Shown piece by piece: positions 39,671 through 46,461 of a stretch of 64,000 nucleotides of DNA. The stretch's first letter is position 1; the number at the start of each line of letters is the position of its first letter. This DNA comes from an uncultured virus (IMG/VR IMGVR_UViG_3300042540_000426) (Duplodnaviria; Heunggongvirae; Uroviricota; Caudoviricetes). A program made the position numbers and the translations under genes. Location: the IMG/VR virus record IMGVR_UViG_3300042540_000426; one strand, given 5' to 3'. The notes under the pieces were generated by a model. The model was given only the letters and a program-made list of their open reading frames with translations, was not told the DNA's origin and made no database searches.

Positions 39671-39975
39671 ATCATTCTGCCTTTCGTCTTGCCTTTAATG
39701 GCGCATCCATCAGCACGCTTTGAGGCTGAGGACACGGTGCCGCCTTTTCTATAAGTCGGCTTCTTCATACGCCCGCCCATCATGCCTTTTTCCAAATCAC
39801 CAGCACCGCTCCCAAATACGCTTTTACCTTCAGTTACAAAACGCTTAGCTAAATTGCGGGCATCAGCCGCCTTTTGCTTAGCTTCTGCGTCTTGGACTTT
39901 TTCAGCGTTCATCTTCCGTAAAACACGGAAGGCTTCGCGCTCAGTCTGAAAAGGGTCGGCGGTGTATTCGTCCAT
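39667..39975 (-). CDS. small protein with shared C-terminal motif
   Basis: YRKGGTVSSASKRADGCAIKGKTKGRMI. Confidence 0.75.
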   Translation of the reverse strand: MDEYTADPFQTEREAFRVLRKMNAEKVQDAEAKQKAADARNLAKRFVTEGKSVFGSGAGDLEKGMMGGRMKKPTYRKGGTVSSASKRADGCAIKGKTKGRMI

Positions 39976-40161
39976 TTAGCAGCTTCCGCCACCCATCATT
40001 TTGACCATTTTGCCTTTGGTGTGGCCTTTCATTACGCAACCATCGGCACGGGTTACACCGCCCTTAGCCATTTTGTGCATTTTCTTTTCATGCCCTTTGA
40101 CAGCAGCCGAAGCTACTTTTTTCATCATTGGCATGTCTTTGCTCATATCTGAATGTTTCAT
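39976..40161 (-). CDS. small basic protein with shared motif
   Basis: MAKGGVTRADGCVMKGHTKGKMV. Confidence 0.7.
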   Translation of the reverse strand: MKHSDMSKDMPMMKKVASAAVKGHEKKMHKMAKGGVTRADGCVMKGHTKGKMVKMMGGGSC

Positions 40162-40409
40162 GCTAGACCTTTCTGAATAAGTAAATCAATTTTGCCTTCA
40201 AGCTTGTTAAACCTTGCATCAATGTGCTCCATAACTTTGTCAATTTCTGCTTGAGTGACGTTATCACGTGCCACCTCCTCACGAGTTTTGTTTACCAAAA
40301 TGCTAATGCGCTGAAGTTCAGCAGCTTTTTCCTTAGCCCAAAATCCTACGATGCCCATAACGATAGATAGTCCTAGGTTCCAAAACCATAAATAAATACT
40401 GTCGCTCAT
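40158..40409 (-). CDS. small membrane protein (N-terminal TM plus coiled coil)
   Basis: WFWNLGLSIVMGIVGFW...LVNKTREEVARD. Confidence 0.7.
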   Translation of the reverse strand: MSDSIYLWFWNLGLSIVMGIVGFWAKEKAAELQRISILVNKTREEVARDNVTQAEIDKVMEHIDARFNKLEGKIDLLIQKGLA

Positions 40410-40753
40410 ACCATCCGACCTTTAGTCTTGCCTTTAATAGCGCACCCATCGGCACGTTTGGAAGCGGAGGATACTTTACCGCCACGTTTGTAGCTACTTT
40501 CGCTTTCTGCCTCTTTATCTTCCAAAGATGATTTACCTGCGGCGCCAGCAAAACCTGAACCTAAAGCAACAGCCCCGGCTTTTTCCATGTCTCTAATGAC
40601 GGCTTCCGGACCACTGTTTTTTTGCGCTTTCTCAAGGGCTTTAAAGCTTTTAGACTGCGTATAGCGAGGTATTTCGTCTGCTTCTTTTGCAGCCTGTTTA
40701 CCCATTTTTTTAGCAGCCATTTTTGCTGCCATACGAGCGGCTAAACCTAACAT
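40406..40753 (-). CDS. small protein with shared C-terminal motif
   Basis: YKRGGKVSSASKRADGCAIKGKTKGRMV. Confidence 0.75.
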   Translation of the reverse strand: MLGLAARMAAKMAAKKMGKQAAKEADEIPRYTQSKSFKALEKAQKNSGPEAVIRDMEKAGAVALGSGFAGAAGKSSLEDKEAESESSYKRGGKVSSASKRADGCAIKGKTKGRMV

Positions 40754-41073
40754 TAAATTATCCTGCCTTTCGTCTTACCCCTAACTTCGCAGCCTCCACC
40801 ACGGACAGAACCGCCTTCTTTGCAGTTCCAAGCCCGTAAAGACTTATTAATCCGTGAGTTCGGATCATTGGCGGTTTTGGCTGAAGTTAACTTCTTTTTC
40901 ATACCCTTCATGCGGGCGCAGAACGAATCCCGGCGAGCGCCGCCTTCTGGCTGAGGCCTTTTCAGGCCTGGTTTGCCAGGGTTAGCAGCATTGTAGGAAG
41001 CCCTGCCCTTGGCGTTTAGACCGCCTTCGGGGTTCTTGCCTTCTTTGCGAGTCCATGCAGGAGACTTAGCCAT
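40753..41073 (-). CDS. small basic protein (DUF6321-like) with shared C-terminal motif
   Basis: GGLNAKGRASYN...SFCARM; ends CKEGGSVRGGGCEVRGKTKGRII. Confidence 0.7.
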   Translation of the reverse strand: MAKSPAWTRKEGKNPEGGLNAKGRASYNAANPGKPGLKRPQPEGGARRDSFCARMKGMKKKLTSAKTANDPNSRINKSLRAWNCKEGGSVRGGGCEVRGKTKGRII

Positions 41074-41557
41074 AGAACACCGTCGCAGTCACAGAAGAGC
41101 CACAACCCACAAAAATACCATTCGGGCAATAAATGCCTTCGCCTGGAATCAAAATAGGTAGTCCAACTGTACTAAATGTATCAATTTCTAAAGCAATACT
41201 GCTATATGCTGTGACATTTCCGCTTGTTGTTGTGGTTGGAGCGTCTGCACAAGTAAAAGTGTTATCACCTGTTACTGTAACTTCATATACGCCATCACGT
41301 CCAGTACCAGACGTAAAGTCTAAAAATACCCGCTGCCCAGTAACAAAACCATGGTTAACAATAGTCACAGTAATGGTAGCGCTAGGGCTAGTACGGGAGT
41401 ATGTACCAGACTCTTGAACGCTAGGGTCACATATAGCGGTCTGTCTTGAAGATGAAGTTCCGCTAGTTACCGTAATAGACTTTAACCTTACAGGAATTTG
41501 CGTTACAAGCAATCCCGTACCTGCGGCACGGGCGGATTTGACGTCATATTGCATCAT
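41066..41557 (-). CDS. beta-rich virion (decoration-like) protein, paralogue 2
   Basis: MQYDVKS...IPGEGI...TVFYG. Confidence 0.7.
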   Translation of the reverse strand: MMQYDVKSARAAGTGLLVTQIPVRLKSITVTSGTSSSRQTAICDPSVQESGTYSRTSPSATITVTIVNHGFVTGQRVFLDFTSGTGRDGVYEVTVTGDNTFTCADAPTTTTSGNVTAYSSIALEIDTFSTVGLPILIPGEGIYCPNGIFVGCGSSVTATVFYG

Positions 41558-41566
41558 GGCCTATTC

Positions 41567-42055
41567 CTATCCGTAAAAAACAGTCATAGTTACGGTTGTG
41601 GAGGGCAACAAGCAAAATAACCCTTCTGTCGCAAGGATGCCTTCACCTGGAATTAACGTATAAAACGCTGTTCCTGTTGAGCAATCTAATTCGGTCAGAA
41701 TCTTAGGATACATGGTTACGTTGCCACTAGTCGTTAAGGTTGCTGTGGTTACAGTAAATGTATTGGTTGTTACATTTGCCACCACATAACTGTCGTCTAC
41801 CGCCGTACCACTAGTAAAATTCAACCCAACTATGTCTCCATCAGACAAGCCATGATTAGCAATAGTCACTGTACAGGTTGTTGAGCCTGGAATATCGTAC
41901 GTTCCCGTCAAAGCCCCAGCCGTATCAACTATACAGGAGTTAAAAGTCGTAGACGTGCTAGGAGATATAACTATCCCTTTTAAGCGTGTACGATCCCCAT
42001 ACGCAAGCGATGACGCTGTTGCATGGTACGACTTTACGTCATATTGCATAGCCAT
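41567..42055 (-). CDS. beta-rich virion (decoration-like) protein, paralogue 1
   Basis: MQYDVKS...IPGEGI...TVFYG. Confidence 0.7.
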   Translation of the reverse strand: MAMQYDVKSYHATASSLAYGDRTRLKGIVISPSTSTTFNSCIVDTAGALTGTYDIPGSTTCTVTIANHGLSDGDIVGLNFTSGTAVDDSYVVANVTTNTFTVTTATLTTSGNVTMYPKILTELDCSTGTAFYTLIPGEGILATEGLFCLLPSTTVTMTVFYG

Positions 42056-42066
42056 GTGGCCTCCTA

Positions 42067-42573
42067 TTAGACGTTTTCTGCGCCAGTATCAGCTACGTAA
42101 TAGATTATGTCGCCAGAAACAACACCAGCAATAGCGTTAGCAGCGCCTTGGGTATTAGTTACAACAACTAAGTTAGTTGCGTTAGCTACGTTACCCAAAG
42201 AATCTCCTCCGCCTGTACCACCAACAGTAAATACTGTACGTGCAGAAACGTTACCAGCAGAAACAAAAGCGGCTGGTACGTTTGTACCAAGAGTAGGAGT
42301 TTGTGCTGGACCAACACCAATTAATGGGGTAAACCCTACGTTAGCAGTGGCATTACCGCCGCCACCACTAGAAACAATAACTTCGGTAACAACTGCGCCA
42401 GCAGGCAGAATCAACGCTGGAGCGCCAGTAGCTGAAGAAGTTACTACGTTTGAAGTTGCTGCGGTGTTTGCGATGTAAAACTGTGCTGCCATAACCATGG
42501 AGCCAGCATATGCTGTACGTGTTTGATCTCCACCAGTGGAGCGCCATACGGCTGAGGTAGTTGCTAATGCCAT
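42067..42573 (-). CDS. capsid decoration/spike-base-like protein; start moved to ATG 42573
   Basis: SD AAGGA; ILPAGAVV motif; first gene after the MCP. Confidence 0.6.
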   Translation of the reverse strand: MALATTSAVWRSTGGDQTRTAYAGSMVMAAQFYIANTAATSNVVTSSATGAPALILPAGAVVTEVIVSSGGGGNATANVGFTPLIGVGPAQTPTLGTNVPAAFVSAGNVSARTVFTVGGTGGGDSLGNVANATNLVVVTNTQGAANAIAGVVSGDIIYYVADTGAENV

Positions 42574-42586
42574 AATAAATTGTCCT

Positions 42587-42654
42587 TCATACAAAGTTCA
42601 GCCTATCAATCGTGTATGCGTCCGCTGGGGCGGTTTGATAAGCGATTCACCCAG
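42587..42654 (-). promoter_or_regulatory. structured 5' leader with kissing loops
   Basis: CUGGG/CCCAG and CAUACA/UGUAUG stems; loops GCUUAUCAA and UUGAUAGGC are complementary. Confidence 0.5.
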
Positions 42655-42662
42655 ATAAACGA

Positions 42663-42690
42663 ATCTTACTCCATATAACATAAAAAGCAA
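42663..42690 (-). promoter_or_regulatory. sigma70-like promoter
   Basis: TTGCTT, 16 bp, TAAGAT on the minus strand just upstream of the leader. Confidence 0.5.
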
Positions 42691-42692
42691 GC

Positions 42693-42788
42693 GTTGGGCT
42701 GAAAATTTGGTAGTTACTTCACGCGGTTATGAAAGCAGAAAAATACACCGCTTACTACATCCTTTTACGTCTGCTTAACCAGCCCAAC
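42693..42788. ncRNA. candidate 96-nt pseudoknotted RNA
   Basis: GTTGGGCTG/CAGCCCAAC closing stem; GTAGT/ACTAC; GCGGT/ACCGC; loop AAGCAGA pairs with TCTGCTT. Confidence 0.5.
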
Positions 42789-42811
42789 AAAAAGGGGGCA
42801 CATGGCCCCCT
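42789..42811 (-). terminator. intrinsic terminator after the MCP
   Basis: Minus strand AGGGGGC-CATGT-GCCCCC-TTTTT. Confidence 0.8.
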
Positions 42812-42818
42812 GTACAAC

Positions 42819-43733
42819 TTAAGCTCCGGGTGAACCGAACATACCGAGAGGATCGGACCAGCCGAACGAATAACGCTCACGAGCCTTATAACGTACGTTA
42901 CCGGTGTCGAAATCACCATCCATCGAGTTGCTTAAAGGCATACGCTCAAAATGCTTCATGCCGTTAGGAACGTCGGTGGTCAAGAACCATGCATTTGGAT
43001 CAGTCAGATAGTGGTTAATTGCGTAACCTTCTGGGATTGAGCCATTGTTCTTCAATGCGTTGATGTCGTTGTCGTTGGTACCAACACGAAGGTTAGTCTC
43101 AAGTAAACGGGTTGCAACGAACTGAAGTTGTGGAGGAATAATCAGCTTACGGGGCATTGCTGCGATGAGCAATCCGCGCTCGTCTGTCCACAAGCTAATC
43201 TGAATAACTGCGTTTTCCAACGAAGTTTCATTCAAGTCAGCGCCAGTGGTAGGACGGTTGCTGTTAACACCACCAGAAACCAAAGGATGCTGAGTAGAAA
43301 ACAGAGGTACACCGTCGCCGCCGTAATACTGGCTGGAGTTGGTAAAGCCGTTGTTCAATACAGAAGCAGCTTTAACTTGCTTGGTATAAGCCATGGCACG
43401 AGCCAATGCTTTGGTATAACGACCAGAAAGGCTGTCATACAAGTTATCTTCAATCGCCTCTTCGGTGATCGAGAAACCTAAAGCGATGGTTTCATGGTTA
43501 TAGCGCGCTGTGAAAGCTTCTTGCGCATTGTCATAAGCAATTGCGCTGCCCTCGTTCTTGACGGGAGCGGCACTGAAGCCAGACAACTTGGTTTCTTCTT
43601 CGAAGCTACGCTCTGATTTCTCAGTTTCGTAGATCTCTTTGTGCTCTTCGCCGTAACGCTTGTACTCTAAACCGAACAAGGCATTGAGGCCGGGGAGCAA
43701 CTCTTTTAGTAGTTGTGCACGAGAAATAGCCAT
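42819..43733 (-). CDS. major capsid protein (Mu gpT-like)
   Basis: MAISRAQLLKELLPGLNALFG, ALGFSITEEAIEDNLY, KARERYSFGWSD; follows the scaffold; terminator downstream. Confidence 0.9.
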   Translation of the reverse strand: MAISRAQLLKELLPGLNALFGLEYKRYGEEHKEIYETEKSERSFEEETKLSGFSAAPVKNEGSAIAYDNAQEAFTARYNHETIALGFSITEEAIEDNLYDSLSGRYTKALARAMAYTKQVKAASVLNNGFTNSSQYYGGDGVPLFSTQHPLVSGGVNSNRPTTGADLNETSLENAVIQISLWTDERGLLIAAMPRKLIIPPQLQFVATRLLETNLRVGTNDNDINALKNNGSIPEGYAINHYLTDPNAWFLTTDVPNGMKHFERMPLSNSMDGDFDTGNVRYKARERYSFGWSDPLGMFGSPGA

Positions 43734-43745
43734 TTTTTAAGCTCC

Positions 43746-44372
43746 TTATGCTGTGTAATCCAGTGCAGCAGCACGGAGGATTTGTGGGTTATTCAACTTC
43801 ACAACAACTTCAGTGAAGGCATTTGCACCAGTCGCAGTTGCAGGAACTACTTCAACTACACGAACTGGCAGTGCAGCAGCATTACCTTGTGCGTTAGTTG
43901 CGTACACAGATACAGCGGAGTCACCAGTTATGGTGCTACCAGTACCTTGACGTACAGACATGTTGGTACCAATGATGCTTTGATTAACGGTAGTTACAGT
44001 AGCGTTGCCGCTGAAAGTTACTGCCGTTTTGAAAGCAGCCATAGGATCATCAACTACGTAAGCAACAGCACTAGAAGCAGCGGCGTTGCCTGGATAGTAT
44101 TGAGCCTGAACGGTTTGACCTTGGCTGTTAACGTACTGAACACCCATAAACACACCATAAGTGTTGTTTGCGGCTGCGGTTGTAGAGTCAACAGTTACAG
44201 TTGATTTTTCAATTGTGCCACCTGCGGCTACACGAACAATATCCCCGTTAAAAATCGCAGTGTTATAAGTACTAGCGATTGGCAATTGACGGGTTGCACC
44301 AGCGTAGGGTTTGCCATCCACGCTGTTGATTGGTACTAAGCCATAGGGAGCAGAAACGGTTGGATAAGCCAT
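43746..44372 (-). CDS. auxiliary capsid/cement protein
   Basis: APYGLVP...IFNGD...GVFMG...VVDDP; directly before the MCP. Confidence 0.65.
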   Translation of the reverse strand: MAYPTVSAPYGLVPINSVDGKPYAGATRQLPIASTYNTAIFNGDIVRVAAGGTIEKSTVTVDSTTAAANNTYGVFMGVQYVNSQGQTVQAQYYPGNAAASSAVAYVVDDPMAAFKTAVTFSGNATVTTVNQSIIGTNMSVRQGTGSTITGDSAVSVYATNAQGNAAALPVRVVEVVPATATGANAFTEVVVKLNNPQILRAAALDYTA

Positions 44373-44385
44373 TTAAATCTCCTAA

Positions 44386-44838
44386 TTAAGAATTACCATT
44401 ACCAAACCCGCGTCCTCTGGTTGTTGTGCTCTTTCGATCAGCAAACAAAGGCATACGAGCGTCGTTGTTTTTCAAAAAGCTGTTGTCCACGGACTCCATT
44501 TGTTTTTGAGCTTTGTCATCAAAATAGCGTCTACGGGCTTCAGCCAGTTCTTTAGGTTTCTTGCACAAGAGCAAGCCACCAATTTCTACGTTCCCATCCT
44601 TATTGCCGTTGATCTGGAGTTCAGGATAGTCTTCTGCCTTACACGGTACCCACTTATCGCGGAACTTTTGAGACACGTTTGTGGCGTTGTCTTGTCCAGC
44701 AATCGAAGTTGCTACCCAGTGAAAGTCGTAATCTGGGTCCGGGTTAGGTTCAGGCAAAGTACTAGGTGGACGATATTCGTACCTAGGGGTGTTATTTTCG
44801 CGTGTTTCTTGTTCACGGGTTGCGCGGTTATTAGCCAT
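44386..44838 (-). CDS. head-module protein
   Basis: IGGLLLCK...QMESVDN; between scaffold and capsid genes. Confidence 0.7.
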   Translation of the reverse strand: MANNRATREQETRENNTPRYEYRPPSTLPEPNPDPDYDFHWVATSIAGQDNATNVSQKFRDKWVPCKAEDYPELQINGNKDGNVEIGGLLLCKKPKELAEARRRYFDDKAQKQMESVDNSFLKNNDARMPLFADRKSTTTRGRGFGNGNS

Positions 44839-45814
44839 TTTGAGCCTCCAATTTTAAAATTTCCTGTGCATATTGTTTGTGGGATAAACCATACTTCTCC
44901 GCCAAGCGAGCTTGGGTCGTAGTGAGTTTGATTACTTTCTTGGCACCCGATGAACGGGTGGCAGGAGCCACAACATTCGCAGGTTTTTTAGTCGGCTCAG
45001 CCTTAACCGTCTCAGTTCCGCCCAACATCTCCGGGAAGACCTGTTTTAAGCGAGCATCTACGCGCTCGAAGTATTCATCTGAGCGGGGATCAACCCCGGT
45101 AGCCACTAGTTTTTGGTGCAGCCCTAGAGCAAAGGCCGTCATTTCTTCGTACCCCGGAGTTCCAAACCACTGGTTTTTTGCTTGCCAGCGCAAGGTTTTA
45201 TCATCAAGTTTGGGGGCTTCGGGAGCCGTTTGATACGTTTGTACATCATCTTGATTATTTTGTAAAGGGGTCGGCTTGAAATTTTTTGCACTCTCAAGCT
45301 TCATCTTTGCATCAGTCAACGCTTCTTGCGCTTCTAGCATCGCATCAGCATCGTAGGATTCTTGCGCTTCTTTAAACTTACGTCGCGCCATCTCCATCTC
45401 TGCTTCAGCTTTGGCTTGCAAAGTTTCTGCATAGGTAGCTTCGCCTGTCTTTACATACTCTTTAAGCCTACGATTCTCTTCCATGAACTGCTGAGCTAAT
45501 CGCTCAAGTTCTTGCTTTTCGCGCTGCGCTGCTTCTTTAGCGCGACGTTCATCGTGCCGCGCATGTGTTAGTTCTTTGATACGAGCCTGCGCACCTTTGG
45601 TGTATGACTCAATCTCTTCATCCGTTGGGTCTTCGACATTTCTGTCCAAAGGCTTAGCGGTTCTGTCGCGGGGTGGGGTGTCGTCCTCAATCTCAATGGA
45701 TACGTCACCTTCAGCATCGACATCAATTTCTATGTCATCTTCGGGTTTACCCTTAGATTCCGTCTCTTCAGTTTCATGCGGAAACTTAAATTCTTCTGTT
45801 TCATATTCAGCCAT
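44831..45814 (-). CDS. scaffolding protein
   Basis: Acidic N-terminus, coiled coil, WQAKNQWFG, short C-terminal helix hairpin. Confidence 0.7.
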   Translation of the reverse strand: MAEYETEEFKFPHETEETESKGKPEDDIEIDVDAEGDVSIEIEDDTPPRDRTAKPLDRNVEDPTDEEIESYTKGAQARIKELTHARHDERRAKEAAQREKQELERLAQQFMEENRRLKEYVKTGEATYAETLQAKAEAEMEMARRKFKEAQESYDADAMLEAQEALTDAKMKLESAKNFKPTPLQNNQDDVQTYQTAPEAPKLDDKTLRWQAKNQWFGTPGYEEMTAFALGLHQKLVATGVDPRSDEYFERVDARLKQVFPEMLGGTETVKAEPTKKPANVVAPATRSSGAKKVIKLTTTQARLAEKYGLSHKQYAQEILKLEAQNG

Positions 45815-45824
45815 GTTTTTCTCC

Positions 45825-46259
45825 TTAAACGCGTGTTATGCCACGTGGGTCTTCGACCGTCGCTTCTACTTGGTCGTCGTTAATCAAGCGAAATTCCTTG
45901 CCGTGAATCATGATTCTGGTACCCGTATACGGGCGAGTAATCACGAAATCGCCTTCTTTACACCACGCGCCTTCAGGAAACTTTTCAGGGTCTTTGTAGG
46001 CATCTGGTCCAAGCTTGACTACAAACAAGACCGGGGAAGTAATTTCCTCGATTTTTACCGTCTGGTCAGACTTAGCGATCCCACTTTCGTAGGTGTCGCC
46101 TGCGTCAACCAAGGCGCACAGCAGTCGCCAACCTTTGGGGTCGGGTATTGCTTTTGCCTTTTGCTCGGCTTGTTCATACTCATGATCCACTTCTGGGGCT
46201 TTAAATACGCCCGGCGGCAGGATTATTTCTTTTTCCGGAACTGCTATAGCTTCACTCAT
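45825..46259 (-). CDS. groES: GroES-like co-chaperonin
   Basis: PKGWRLL...VVKLGPDAY...WCKEGDFV...YTGT...FRLINDDQVEA. Confidence 0.8.
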   Translation of the reverse strand: MSEAIAVPEKEIILPPGVFKAPEVDHEYEQAEQKAKAIPDPKGWRLLCALVDAGDTYESGIAKSDQTVKIEEITSPVLFVVKLGPDAYKDPEKFPEGAWCKEGDFVITRPYTGTRIMIHGKEFRLINDDQVEATVEDPRGITRV

Positions 46260-46458
46260 CGTTAGCCTTCTCTATGTTTTCAGCGAGGTCAAGTAGGTGA
46301 CGCTCTGCATAGGCTAGACCTCGAATAACCCCGCAAAGCTCTTTATAGGCCGCATGGTCTGGGCATGCGCCCGTAGCCAAGTCGTCCGTAAAGTTGTTCA
46401 TATCGGTGCGAATTTTGTTGCGCATCGCCTCGATAAAGTCCATAACAATTAAGTCCAT
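46252..46458 (-). CDS. small helical protein
   Basis: YKELCGVIRGL; between portal and GroES. Confidence 0.7.
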   Translation of the reverse strand: MDLIVMDFIEAMRNKIRTDMNNFTDDLATGACPDHAAYKELCGVIRGLAYAERHLLDLAENIEKANDE

Positions 46459-46461
46459 GTA

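Noticed and set aside
42587..42788. tRNA or canonical hammerhead ribozyme
   Set aside because: No cloverleaf or TTCRA arm, and no CUGANGA core in the right context
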